A program made the translations under genes and the position numbers. A DNA stretch of 47,034 nt from a virus (lineage: Duplodnaviria; Caudoviricetes), in the IMG/VR virus record IMGVR_UViG_3300035670_000361, positions 1 to 47,034 of that record; one strand, given 5' to 3'. The notes beneath the pieces are model-generated. The model did not search any database. It was not told where the DNA came from and worked only from the letters and a program-made list of their open reading frames with translations. Numbering within the stretch: the stretch's first letter is position 1; the number at the start of each line of letters is the position of its first letter. Below, in pieces: positions 36,986 through 45,838 of this stretch.

Positions 36986-37213
36986 ATGAAAGAAGGCCTT
37001 ATCACCGAGCAGGAGGCTCAGGTAAGACTGAGATCCCTCTGTGACGAGGCCGGCGGGGTAGGTGAATTGGCCAAACTTCTGGGAATTACACCCGGGGCGG
37101 TATCCCATCAGTTGCACGGAACCAGACCCATCCAAGGTCGCGTTGCCGAATACATGGGCTTAAAGATCCAAAGAGAAACTACAATACACTATCGGGAGGC
37201 CGACCAGAAATGA
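36986..37213 (+). CDS. Cro-like HTH regulator
   Basis: AGGVGELAKLLGITPGAVSHQL. Confidence 0.8.
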   Translation: MKEGLITEQEAQVRLRSLCDEAGGVGELAKLLGITPGAVSHQLHGTRPIQGRVAEYMGLKIQRETTIHYREADQK

Positions 37214-39126
37214 GGACCGATGATGAGACTTCGGCTATCCGAAGAATATGGCTGAAGTCCCCGGGAAAGTTCTTCTGTATTTCTGTGAAGAGTATCTCTG
37301 GAGCCTGGCGGGATAACTTCTTCGAGCGAAGCCGGATAAGCGAGGCCATCAAGTTTGCTAAATCAAAGGGGGAGACCCACAATGTCTATATGTGCCCCCA
37401 TGGTTTTTCCAGCGACAGAAGACACAAGGATTACGCCATAGATCCTTACTGGCTTTATGCGGACCTGGATGAATGCGACCCAAAAACCCTTGACCTTAAA
37501 CCCACAATAGCTATAGAGTCGTCTCCCGGTCGATATGTCGGCTATTGGCTGTGTGACAAGCAGGTCCCCGAGGAGCTCAACCAACGTCTCGCCTATCATA
37601 TCGGAGCAGATAATTCAGGATGGGATCGTACTCAGGTCCTTAGGGTACCAGGGACCAAGAACCTGAAATACAAGAAAAAGCCCTCGGTCAAAATCCTATG
37701 GTCAGACGGCCCCCAATATGAGGTTAAGAGACTCGAGAAACTGATCCCAGCTCTAGAGACGGGTACTGGCAAGGAAGAGGGCGGAGATGCCGCGAAGATT
37801 TACGAGGACTACGAGAAGGATCTACCCAGGTGGGTCCGCAAGGAACTGACCAATCCCAAAGTCCAACATGGCAAACGATCCGAGGTTCTGTGGAAACTCA
37901 TAAACGAGCTCCTCGAAGTCGGGATGTCCAAGGATGAGGTCTTCACGGTCCTATGGGACAATGAGTGGAATAAGCACTCCGAGCGCCGTGGCGGTGAACG
38001 TCAATTGGAACGTGAGATCGAGAAGGCCACTGGTCGACACGTTACGGGTGGGGCTAAGAAAAGCAAGGCCCCTAAGAAAGAAAAGGAAAGCGACGATCCC
38101 ACCAAACGTAGGTTCACCCTGGTCACCATGGACCAAGTGGTGGAGGAACAGGTGGATTGGATTGTGGAAAAGATGCTTGCTCGGGGGCAAACAGGCATCT
38201 GGGAGGGGGATCCCGGCATCGGCAAATCCTACTTCCTCATGTATCTCTGCATCCACCTATGCGACGGTTTACGATTGCCGTGGGAGGAAGCCTCTGTCCA
38301 CAGGAAGCCCATGAAGGTGTTATACTGTGATATGGAGAATGCGGCCTCATCGGTGACCAAGGTTCGCTTAACGGACAACGGCCTCAAGAACCACCAGAAT
38401 TACGCCCAATTCACGGAACCCTTCAGTGTCGATGACCCCGAGTCCATCGAGGCCTTTCGCCGGGATATCCTCGAGGTCTTTCGCCCCGATGTTGTCGTGA
38501 TTGACCCGGTGAACCTCTATATTGGGGGTGCTGACACATATAGGGCTAGCGAAACTCAGCAGGCGCTGCAGGTGTTGAAGGATCTGTCTGAGGAGTACAA
38601 CTTCTCCTTGAATATCGTCAGGCACCTCAACAAGTCATCTTCAGGAAAGGCGCTGTATGCCGGCAATGGCTCCATTGCTTTTGCGGGGGTCGCTCGTATC
38701 ATTGCTACTGTGGGATGGCACCCCGAAGAAGCCGATGTCCGAGTAGTGGCCTGTACCAAGAATAACCTATCACCTTTCTTCGGGTCCTTGGGTTACACCA
38801 TCGAGGCTCTGCCCGAGACGTTGGGTAAGAAGAACCGATCTCAGCTGAGCTACTATGGCCATGTGGACTATGCTTCTGACGATATCGTGGGGACCGCCAA
38901 CAAGAAAGAGGACGGGTCCAAGAACATTGCCGCTGACCTGATCAGGGAGATGCTCAAGGACGGCGAAGTCAATTACTACTCCCTGCTGAAGAACGCCGAT
39001 ACCCGATCCATCAGCGAGCTGTCAATTCGCAAGGCAGCTGCGGAACTAGGACTCCGTAAGATATCACGAGGACGAGGCGTCAAGCGTCAAACCTTCCTCG
39101 TCGAGAAGTCCTCAAAGGACAGCTGA
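37210..39126 (+). CDS. Primase-helicase (RepB-like AEP primase plus AAA_25/RecA-like helicase)
   Basis: WLYADLD, ESSPGRY, LRVPGT.N; EGDPGIGKS, VVIDP, IVRHLNK. Confidence 0.9.
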   Translation: MRTDDETSAIRRIWLKSPGKFFCISVKSISGAWRDNFFERSRISEAIKFAKSKGETHNVYMCPHGFSSDRRHKDYAIDPYWLYADLDECDPKTLDLKPTIAIESSPGRYVGYWLCDKQVPEELNQRLAYHIGADNSGWDRTQVLRVPGTKNLKYKKKPSVKILWSDGPQYEVKRLEKLIPALETGTGKEEGGDAAKIYEDYEKDLPRWVRKELTNPKVQHGKRSEVLWKLINELLEVGMSKDEVFTVLWDNEWNKHSERRGGERQLEREIEKATGRHVTGGAKKSKAPKKEKESDDPTKRRFTLVTMDQVVEEQVDWIVEKMLARGQTGIWEGDPGIGKSYFLMYLCIHLCDGLRLPWEEASVHRKPMKVLYCDMENAASSVTKVRLTDNGLKNHQNYAQFTEPFSVDDPESIEAFRRDILEVFRPDVVVIDPVNLYIGGADTYRASETQQALQVLKDLSEEYNFSLNIVRHLNKSSSGKALYAGNGSIAFAGVARIIATVGWHPEEADVRVVACTKNNLSPFFGSLGYTIEALPETLGKKNRSQLSYYGHVDYASDDIVGTANKKEDGSKNIAADLIREMLKDGEVNYYSLLKNADTRSISELSIRKAAAELGLRKISRGRGVKRQTFLVEKSSKDS

Positions 39127-39183
39127 GGACGCGCTTAGCACGTCGCTCAGGTACATCGCTTCATGAAATGTCGACTAGTGCGC

Positions 39184-39597
39184 TCAGCGCTTCGCTGTGC
39201 GTCGCTCAGCAGCCTCGCTCAGGCGTGTCGCAATGCGCTCGCGATTGATCCTGAGTGCGTGACGTGTAGGCGTGTAGTCGTTGAATAGCCGGCGGGGAGC
39301 CTTCATGAAATCAGCTCGTGATTTCTCAGGGTTGTATTGAACTTTGAACCCACGACGAAGACACTCGCCATATAGGTCGAACTGGCGGTTGAAGCAGAAC
39401 AACAGCTTGTTGTAGAAGAAGCGAACATGACCGGAGCCGAGCACGTATTCGTCTGGGATGTCTTCTGCATGTTTACCAGCTCGACACTTGATATCCCACT
39501 TCCAAGCCAACTCGAATACACGAGGCAGCTCACGATACTCAGCGAGCAGATGCTTGTCGGTGAGCTCGGTGACGGGGACGACATTGATACGGGTCAT
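39184..39597 (-). CDS. denV: Pyrimidine-dimer DNA glycosylase (T4 endonuclease V family)
   Basis: MTRIN...L...HL.AEYRELPRVF, LG.GHV.FFY.K. Confidence 0.97.
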   Translation of the reverse strand: MTRINVVPVTELTDKHLLAEYRELPRVFELAWKWDIKCRAGKHAEDIPDEYVLGSGHVRFFYNKLLFCFNRQFDLYGECLRRGFKVQYNPEKSRADFMKAPRRLFNDYTPTRHALRINRERIATRLSEAAERRTAKR

Positions 39598-39803
39598 TTC
39601 CAGAGCCTTTCGCCGAAGGGGAGATTGTCGGGCGCAGTGGGCTGCTGAGTAATGTAGACGGCAGTTTCGTAGCCGAGGCCATTCCAGTAATCACGGACTA
39701 TTCTTGCTTCGGCGGCGCTTCTTACGGCGTCGATGTTCCTTCTCCTCGACCTCTCGCTCTTCGACTTCGGGATCGTATAGAAGTGGTAGTATTGGGCTCT
39801 CAT
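39594..39803 (-). CDS. Small hypothetical protein
   Basis: AAGGA RBS; ATGA overlap with denV. Confidence 0.5.
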   Translation of the reverse strand: MRAQYYHFYTIPKSKSERSRRRNIDAVRSAAEARIVRDYWNGLGYETAVYITQQPTAPDNLPFGERLWK

Positions 39804-39990
39804 GGCAAGCTTCCTTGGTCGTTTGAATGTCCCACACAATCCTGGCGTCTCGGGACTTTTTGATTATACGAGAAGCAGCGAACAAAGTAAACACTTCGGC
39901 TGCGTCCGAACTCTGACAGAGCCCGCTACCCTTACGATAGCGGATCCTGCCGTCGGGCCATGTGTATTTGATGCGGTATTTAAGCACCAT
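39691..39990 (-). CDS. Small basic hypothetical protein
   Basis: In operon order; overlaps the downstream ORF. Confidence 0.4.
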   Translation of the reverse strand: MVLKYRIKYTWPDGRIRYRKGSGLCQSSDAAEVFTLFAASRIIKKSRDARIVWDIQTTKEACHESPILPLLYDPEVEEREVEEKEHRRRKKRRRSKNSP

Positions 39991-40273
39991 GGAATTTTTC
40001 CAGAAACTCAGCGGCCAAGGATCGAGGGTCGTTATGCCCTTCGGCAATCTTCGTGAGGATTGAGAACATGGCTGGGCCATGTATCTCCTTCCTACGCTCC
40101 TGCCACTTGGCATCATGTAGAGCTGAGCGCTCGACCTTACGGGCAGCTATCCTCTCGGGATCATGCTGGCGGCAATAGAACTTACCTCCAGCTTCGACTA
40201 CGCCTTCGCGTGAGCAGCGCTTGCTGCCATGAAACGAGTGACGGTCACGAGCAATTGCACAGCACCCCGGCAT
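39980..40273 (-). CDS. Small zinc-finger-like protein
   Basis: C...RC......YCRQH pattern. Confidence 0.55.
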   Translation of the reverse strand: MPGCCAIARDRHSFHGSKRCSREGVVEAGGKFYCRQHDPERIAARKVERSALHDAKWQERRKEIHGPAMFSILTKIAEGHNDPRSLAAEFLEKFHGA

Positions 40274-40274
40274 G

Positions 40275-40916
40275 TCAGCATTCCATCCGCTCGTCGCAGT
40301 CGCCGCAGACCAGGTTGAGGTCGGGCTTCCCGTAGGCGTTGACTTCGCAAGTCGGGCAAACGTACTTGGTGCGCTTGCTGCCCTTCCTTTCGCGTTCGAT
40401 AGGCGCACCGCGCCAGGCGATCACGCCTTTGAACTTCTTCTCGGCCTTGTCGAACTCCCCGCCGTCGATGATGTAGTGCGACACGCGGCGACCTGTGCGC
40501 TTGCCTCCCGGTTGACCTGTGGAGGATGGCATCAATCCGATCTCCTCCATCTTCTCGGCCCACTGCTTGTCGTGGGGCGTTTTCTTCGGCTCGCCGAAAT
40601 GGAACTGCCACAGATGTACCATCTCATGGACGAGCGTCGAGTAGATCTCGCGATCAGTACGGCCAGAGAAGGTGAACGGGTTCAGCGAAATTTCATCGGC
40701 GCCCTCATCCTTCTTCTTGGTGTTCTTGAATGGGTGGTTGCGGTAGTACCCATAAGCCCTACGCATTTCGGCGCTGAGCGTGATGAGGCAGTTCGGCAGC
40801 AGCCCGTCGAAGATATGTTCGTTGAAGTGGTCGTAGGCATCCTGGAGCACGGGATACGTTTCCGAGGTCGGGATGAAGTCAGGCTTCTTGGCCTTCTTGA
40901 TGATACGCTTGGTCAT
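40275..40916 (-). CDS. SprT-like zinc metalloprotease
   Basis: TLVHEMVH, HDKQW, C-terminal CPTC/CGDC. Confidence 0.9.
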   Translation of the reverse strand: MTKRIIKKAKKPDFIPTSETYPVLQDAYDHFNEHIFDGLLPNCLITLSAEMRRAYGYYRNHPFKNTKKKDEGADEISLNPFTFSGRTDREIYSTLVHEMVHLWQFHFGEPKKTPHDKQWAEKMEEIGLMPSSTGQPGGKRTGRRVSHYIIDGGEFDKAEKKFKGVIAWRGAPIERERKGSKRTKYVCPTCEVNAYGKPDLNLVCGDCDERMEC

Positions 40917-41110
40917 AGGGTAGGTCCTTTCAGTGGGATGACGTATTCGGCATCATAGTAAGGGCCGATAAATGCGGAGGTTTTGACCTCGCACCAAACG
41001 GGAGTATCGGACCAGTGGGTATCGGTCTGCATGAATTCCGTGGCAAGAACCAGGTGACAGATATGCCACTCGCCCTTGAGCAGCACCGCATACTGAGGGG
41101 CTGGGATCAT
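40913..41110 (-). CDS. Hypothetical protein (65 aa)
   Basis: ATGA overlaps on both sides. Confidence 0.6.
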   Translation of the reverse strand: MIPAPQYAVLLKGEWHICHLVLATEFMQTDTHWSDTPVWCEVKTSAFIGPYYDAEYVIPLKGPTL

Positions 41111-41316
41111 AGGGTCAGTCCTTCGATGAAGCGGGAAAACTCACGCTGCCGGCCTTCATTGATGGCCATCACTGTGAGTGTGAAGATGACATAGGGAAGG
41201 AACCGAAGCTCGATCATGGATAGCATGGCAGCGGCCGTCCCGTGGTTTCCCGCCAGCCATGTCTGATATACGGGGCAAGCTAGGTCACGAAGTGCTCGAG
41301 CAAGAGTCTCTTCCAT
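41107..41316 (-). CDS. Hypothetical protein
   Basis: First gene after a promoter; start 41316 or 41340. Confidence 0.55.
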   Translation of the reverse strand: MEETLARALRDLACPVYQTWLAGNHGTAAAMLSMIELRFLPYVIFTLTVMAINEGRQREFSRFIEGLTL

Positions 41317-41351
41317 CGTATTGTGTTCCTGTGTTGTCACGTTACAGGAAT

Positions 41352-41380
41352 ACTATAATCTCAAATGAGACCCTTGTCAA
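41352..41380 (-). promoter_or_regulatory. sigma70-type promoter with palindromic spacer
   Basis: TTGACA-17 nt-TATAGT; TCTCA-AA-TGAGA at 41359-41370. Confidence 0.8.
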
Positions 41381-41386
41381 CAGGAG

Positions 41387-41704
41387 TTATGCTTCCGGAG
41401 ACAGTTGTTTGATCGGCCTCAGGTAATAGGTCGCCGGGTGACTTCCGTCCGTTACGATATCCCATCCCAGGTCCTTCAGTCTGTCTCTTCTCTTGATGCA
41501 GGATCGAATAGCCAGAGGACCATCCATGGGCTGAGAGGAGTCAGGCAGTCGGGAATAGATTTCACCGGCCAGTTCCTCAGCGGTCAAACCGCCCCGCTCT
41601 TTGATCAGTCTCACAATCATGGAGAGCGTGGGAGGCAGAACTCGGTAAAGAGCTTCAAGCTTAACCTTACTAGTAAGATGGCTCTGGCAAACGGGGCACT
41701 TCAT
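41387..41704 (-). CDS. CxxC plus winged-helix putative regulator
   Basis: MKCPVC, LTAEELAGEIY, RLKDLGWDI...YYL. Confidence 0.6.
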   Translation of the reverse strand: MKCPVCQSHLTSKVKLEALYRVLPPTLSMIVRLIKERGGLTAEELAGEIYSRLPDSSQPMDGPLAIRSCIKRRDRLKDLGWDIVTDGSHPATYYLRPIKQLSPEA

Positions 41705-41874
41705 CTTAGTCCTTTCTTGCCACAGGATCGGCAAACCCCGGTCTTCGTTTTGAGGTTGATGTTGGACCACCGGTTTCGCTTCAGTGCCTCTTCGGGCTTG
41801 TCATGCGGATTTATTTTCAGCTCCCTATCACAGGACCTGCAAGTGGCGGCTACTACGGTTTTATTTTTGGCCAT
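41701..41874 (-). CDS. 57-aa zinc-finger protein (below the ORF-track cutoff)
   Basis: MAKNK...CRSC...CRSCGKKGLR; ATGA overlap. Confidence 0.6.
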   Translation of the reverse strand: MAKNKTVVAATCRSCDRELKINPHDKPEEALKRNRWSNINLKTKTGVCRSCGKKGLR

Positions 41875-42559
41875 ATCTCAAGACCTTGGCTGCATCTGGA
41901 TTGAGGACTCTTCCGCTCACTCGCCGATAGGCATTGAATACCACATGCCCGATTCTGCTGCGGCTGTCCCGGTAAATCTTGGTGTTGGAGCTCATGACTG
42001 CCAGATAGGCTTCTCGCCAATCCCCGAAAGCTATCTCCCCCTCCTCATCCAACTCAGAGCTGATAAACAGGGGATATCCAGCTAGCCTTCCCGGAACTCC
42101 CCAACACGGGGCAGCTTGGTGTAGGAACCGGCCGCAGCTATCCTTCAGGTTCTTGACGGTCCTCTCCGTCTTGGCGGAAATCACAAAGGTTCCCCTTTGA
42201 CGATACTCCGGAGGCAGCATGTAGATCAGGTCCACAATCGAGTCGACGGTCAACTCCTCAGCCGACAATCCGTCATAGGCGTTCGGCTTGAGTATGTGTC
42301 CCAGAAAGAGCTTGTCCTCCCTCTTCCGGAAACTGGACTCTATCTCCTCCTCTATAGAGGCGGCTACTTTCCTTGCCGAGAAGGAGCACAGGAAACGCAG
42401 TGGCTTTATCACTGTGGTTTCCGATGATCCCTCTGGAGTCCAATCCGTAAGCTGTGTACTTCCCAGCTGCCTCATAAGAGAGGGGACGTACTGATTGACT
42501 ACTGGCAAATCAGCTCTGCCATCGGGCCCCTCAGTATAGAAGGTGTGGTCAACCATCAT
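41861..42559 (-). CDS. Shortened paralog of the HK97-fold major capsid protein
   Basis: IVDLIYMLPPEYR, LKDSCGR, RLAGYP, IAFGDW, YRD align with the C-terminal half of the MCP at 9188-10525. Confidence 0.85.
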   Translation of the reverse strand: MMVDHTFYTEGPDGRADLPVVNQYVPSLMRQLGSTQLTDWTPEGSSETTVIKPLRFLCSFSARKVAASIEEEIESSFRKREDKLFLGHILKPNAYDGLSAEELTVDSIVDLIYMLPPEYRQRGTFVISAKTERTVKNLKDSCGRFLHQAAPCWGVPGRLAGYPLFISSELDEEGEIAFGDWREAYLAVMSSNTKIYRDSRSRIGHVVFNAYRRVSGRVLNPDAAKVLRYGQK

Positions 42560-42560
42560 C

Positions 42561-42707
42561 TCACTCCATTAGAGCGTAGGCGGTTAATCCGGCAAGGCAG
42601 GATCCCAGGAAATACCCTATGCGGGTGGTTCTGGGCTGTTCCCGGAAAGTACGGAGTGCCAGGTAAATGGCCCAGACACTCCAGAATGCTGCGAGAGTTG
42701 GGCTCAT
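42561..42707 (-). CDS. 48-aa protein with two hydrophobic segments
   Basis: MSPTLAAFWSVWAIYLAL...IGYFLGSCLAGLTAYALME; fills the gap in the operon. Confidence 0.5.
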   Translation of the reverse strand: MSPTLAAFWSVWAIYLALRTFREQPRTTRIGYFLGSCLAGLTAYALME

Positions 42708-43303
42708 CACCCATCCCTCAGACACATAACCCAGCCGTCCTTGTCCTGATGGGTGGCCAGGTAGTCGGTCGGGTCGAAGAAGTCACCGTCCAGCAGGTTG
42801 GCTTCCATCAGGACCGTCAGGATCGCGCCGTTGACCGAGACTATGTTGACCCCCGTACCGTGAATAGCCGGTCGCGGTGGGCCGTCTTCCCGAGGATGAT
42901 AGGCATGGTCGAACACCACGTCCGAGTAGTGTTTCTGCAGTTCGAGGGAAGCCTTTGCCCATAGGATATAGGGATTGACCTCGCCCTCATGCACCAAGGC
43001 TTTCTCAGCCCACAGTTCACCGACGGACTTCCAGGCAGACTCTACGGGGCGAGTTGCCAGGAAACCGGTCACCGCGCCGATCTCGTCGGCCATACTGGGA
43101 TGAGCAACCTTCGCCAATTGGGTGGCAAGCTCCATAATCCTGGCCTCGTGGCCCCTCAGGCTGATGACGATACGATCCGTGAGCGGTGAACGAGTGTGGC
43201 CGAACTCCCCGGTATGGTAGAGGGAGAACAACAGCTTGGATAGCTTGATCTCGTCCTCCGACATCTTGGGTAGCCCGTTCAGGATATCCTCGAGGCTCCT
43301 CAT
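42707..43303 (-). CDS. Hypothetical protein (198 aa)
   Basis: ATGA overlap; in operon. Confidence 0.7.
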   Translation of the reverse strand: MRSLEDILNGLPKMSEDEIKLSKLLFSLYHTGEFGHTRSPLTDRIVISLRGHEARIMELATQLAKVAHPSMADEIGAVTGFLATRPVESAWKSVGELWAEKALVHEGEVNPYILWAKASLELQKHYSDVVFDHAYHPREDGPPRPAIHGTGVNIVSVNGAILTVLMEANLLDGDFFDPTDYLATHQDKDGWVMCLRDG

Positions 43304-43479
43304 TTCGCCACGCCCTTGATGGTGACCTCGATGAACTCCGGCCAGGCGCCGTTGATGCCGAGCAGCTCCTTGCGGACATAGGCCGTCGGCATGGGCGACG
43401 TGTCCTTGTCGGCATCGAGCGCCTGGTACTGGAGCATGTTCTTGGTTTCTTTCTTGAAAGGCAGCTTGACGGTGATCAT
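43300..43479 (-). CDS. 59-aa hypothetical protein (below the ORF-track cutoff)
   Basis: MITVKLPFKKETKN...AYVRKELL...PEFIEVTIK; GAGGA RBS; first gene after a promoter. Confidence 0.7.
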   Translation of the reverse strand: MITVKLPFKKETKNMLQYQALDADKDTSPMPTAYVRKELLGINGAWPEFIEVTIKGVAK

Positions 43480-43508
43480 AGCAGTTTCCTCTGTTTTCGG
43501 GTGTTCTC

Positions 43509-43538
43509 TTTATACGATATGACGTTGTGCCAGGTCAA
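43509..43538 (-). promoter_or_regulatory. sigma70-type promoter
   Basis: TTGACC-18 nt-TATAAA. Confidence 0.55.
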
Positions 43539-43544
43539 TCACCA

Positions 43545-44066
43545 TTATTCTGACAGTTCTCCGCGCTGATACATACGCGATTTGTCGGTCATCGCCAGAT
43601 GCAGGATCATGTACCGAGGATCAGGCCCGCCCTTCTGCTTGGGGCTTCTCAGTGCATCCCGATACTCGAGCGCAAACCTGCCGATAGCCCTGACGTGCGC
43701 CTGTGGAACCTTGGGCAGAGTCAGGTACTTCCTGATGGCTTTCTCCGTGAGCCCGCTTTTCTCCACCAGCTTGCTCATCGGGATGCCGAGCAGATAGTAC
43801 ATCACATGCCAGAGGTGCGGCGGCGTGCCGGGGAAGTAACAGTCCCACAGGGCTTGCTTAATTTCGGGGTCTTTACAGGTGCCCCAGTTCGTCAGCGTCA
43901 AGTGGCACAACTTGCTGTGGGTCTTAGGCTTCAGCCCAGGAGCTCTACAGAGCCTGTGCAGCTTGGCAGGATGGTTGTAGTAGTGAGCGGGCAGCACCAT
44001 AGTCAGTGTGCTGAGCTTGATGTCGCAGTGCCTGGTCAGTAGAGGCAGTGGGTTCGGTTTGCTCAT
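43545..44066 (-). CDS. Hypothetical basic protein with HTH-like segment
   Basis: GIPMSKLVEKSGLTEKAIRKYL. Confidence 0.55.
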   Translation of the reverse strand: MSKPNPLPLLTRHCDIKLSTLTMVLPAHYYNHPAKLHRLCRAPGLKPKTHSKLCHLTLTNWGTCKDPEIKQALWDCYFPGTPPHLWHVMYYLLGIPMSKLVEKSGLTEKAIRKYLTLPKVPQAHVRAIGRFALEYRDALRSPKQKGGPDPRYMILHLAMTDKSRMYQRGELSE

Positions 44067-44119
44067 GATTTTTCGGCCTAGCTGTTGTGTCCTAGAGGCA
44101 TTACACGAAAAGTCCCGCG

Positions 44120-44400
44120 AAGTCAATCACTTAGCCTTACTGGTAAAACGAACGCTTATACATTTACTCTCGCAATAGCCTCTATGGGATTACTGTTGCT
44201 TTTCAATGACTTAATAGTGCTGGTAGACTTGTGATGATAGCCTCGGTAGGATCAAGGCATTGAAAATGCTCAGTAATAAGGGCTTCGCTTACAAAGATGG
44301 CGCATTATGGGTATTCGTCTACCAGCACTATTAAGTCATTGATATCATTATATTATATCATAGAGGGTATGTATATGTTTGTACACGCGCGCGCGCTCAC
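44120..44400. other. Non-coding AT-rich palindromic region, putative replication origin
   Basis: Perfect 26-bp inverted repeat 44203-44228/44317-44342, repeated TCAATGACTT-like boxes, AT-rich tract and (CG)n run. Confidence 0.6.
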
Positions 44401-44440
44401 GCAAAGAGACTTTTGATGACGGCGATGATTATCAGGATCG

Positions 44441-45046
44441 CTAGCCCTTTCTCAACAAGGTTCGGATGGTTTCGACCATGGGGTCTGAGATGTTGAAGGT
44501 CCATCCTTGCTCTGGTTTTTGGATATTGGCTTTTCGCAGGATGTTTCTGGCCTTGTTTGGTGGGATGTTTGCTTGTTCCGCGATCTGCGCGACGGTGATC
44601 TGGTCGGAGGTAGGCGGGGCTTTTGTTGTCTTGTGCCGCCTCGTAGGGGCAGGTTCCTTCTTGACCTTTGGCGTAGTAGTCGGTAATTCTTCGGATACGG
44701 AAGTAGGTGAAAGGGACCAGAACGTCCTGAGCTGGCGTATCTTGAGGCTCAGGGGATAGGGAATTAGCCATTCTGCTTCATCCTTCTTCGGGGTGTACTC
44801 GATGATCTCCTCGAGATTGTGCTCCCGGATGGTGAGGGTGGCGTCTGGGTGGGTGAGGATGATCGTCCTGCTGTCTGCCCAGACGGGTAGGATACCGTGC
44901 TCTGCACAGCCGGTCAGCACTTCGGTGACTGCTGTATGGGCTGCATAGACGGTACGAAAGGCCGCAGTGAACAGCCGGTCGTTGGTCTTGAAGAACAGAT
45001 GGTACCGAGGTGGTCTGTGAGGGGAGGATACGTGCTCACTCTCCAT
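44441..45046 (-). CDS. Hypothetical protein with C-terminal HTH-like domain
   Basis: AAGGAG RBS; ITVAQIAEQANIPPNKARNILRK. Confidence 0.7.
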   Translation of the reverse strand: MESEHVSSPHRPPRYHLFFKTNDRLFTAAFRTVYAAHTAVTEVLTGCAEHGILPVWADSRTIILTHPDATLTIREHNLEEIIEYTPKKDEAEWLIPYPLSLKIRQLRTFWSLSPTSVSEELPTTTPKVKKEPAPTRRHKTTKAPPTSDQITVAQIAEQANIPPNKARNILRKANIQKPEQGWTFNISDPMVETIRTLLRKG

Positions 45047-45224
45047 TAAGCTTCTCCTTCATAGCTTTGGCGATTTCTCGCACTTGCGGCAGCTGGGGGT
45101 CGTCTGAGGACCATTGCCAGCGTTGGTTGCGCTTGTGTTTGAGCTTGGCCCTTAGCTTTTGCCTCAGAGGGTAGGCGTCAAGATCAAACTCTCGGCATAT
45201 GTGCTTGAGCGTGATTGTCTCCAT
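45036..45224 (-). CDS. Small HTH-like protein (62 aa)
   Basis: ITLKHICREFDLDAYPLRQKLR...WQW; follows a leftward promoter. Confidence 0.7.
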   Translation of the reverse strand: METITLKHICREFDLDAYPLRQKLRAKLKHKRNQRWQWSSDDPQLPQVREIAKAMKEKLNGE

Positions 45225-45253
45225 GTTGTGTTCCTGTTGCTTTAATCGAATAC

Positions 45254-45347
45254 AGTCTATACGATGTTTCTGCCGTTGTAAATCCTGCGGGATGAAAATT
45301 CTTTTTACAGACCACTGTTGACACGGGAATGTTGTGTCTTGTATCGT
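45254..45347. promoter_or_regulatory. Divergent early promoters
   Basis: Minus TTTACA-17-TAGACT (45282-45254); plus TTGACA-18-TATCGT (45318-45347). Confidence 0.55.
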
Positions 45348-45372
45348 GTGTGCAATGAAAAGGAGAACTGAA

Positions 45373-45552
45373 ATGACGTATGATACTAACGAGGTTGCCG
45401 CGGCACTGGCAATGATCGAGGACAAATTCGAAGATGTCATTCTGGATCAATGCCAGTGCAATCCTGAGACTGGTGAGGTCACTGGGTTCAAAGCTGCTCG
45501 CATGGCATTCCTGCGTGAAATGATGGATCTACTGGAAGCAGAGGAGAACTGA
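45373..45552 (+). CDS. Small acidic protein (59 aa)
   Basis: AAAGGAG RBS before ATG45373. Confidence 0.7.
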   Translation: MTYDTNEVAAALAMIEDKFEDVILDQCQCNPETGEVTGFKAARMAFLREMMDLLEAEEN

Positions 45553-45553
45553 A

Positions 45554-45838
45554 ATGCTCGAACACATTCACCAACGCTTTCCGCATTTCCCGCGGCATCT
45601 GGATGATCAGGCCACGAACTTGATTGTCGAGATGATGTACGATGACCAGGAATTGGCCCGGCGAGTCGCTATGAACCGGCCGTCACTGGATGACTGTCGC
45701 AAGGTCGCTGAGTCGGTGATGACGGCGTGGGCCGCTAACGCACTTGATGCTGTCAGGGCTGAAGTTGAGAGGCTGGACCCCGACGACATCACTCACTTCT
45801 TCAAAATCCAGACCTTCTATGAGGGTGTGGGATCATGA
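45554..45838 (+). CDS. Hypothetical protein (94 aa)
   Basis: GAGGAG RBS. Confidence 0.7.
   Translation: MLEHIHQRFPHFPRHLDDQATNLIVEMMYDDQELARRVAMNRPSLDDCRKVAESVMTAWAANALDAVRAEVERLDPDDITHFFKIQTFYEGVGS

Noticed and set aside
36986-37213. HTH gene as a lysogeny repressor
   Set aside because: No integrase, partition genes or CI peptidase domain seen; Cro-like and tied to the primase
39140-39225. Four CGCTCAG motifs and a 16-nt match to 25692-25707
   Set aside because: Mostly within coding sequence (both encode RTAKR), short and irregularly spaced; probably chance
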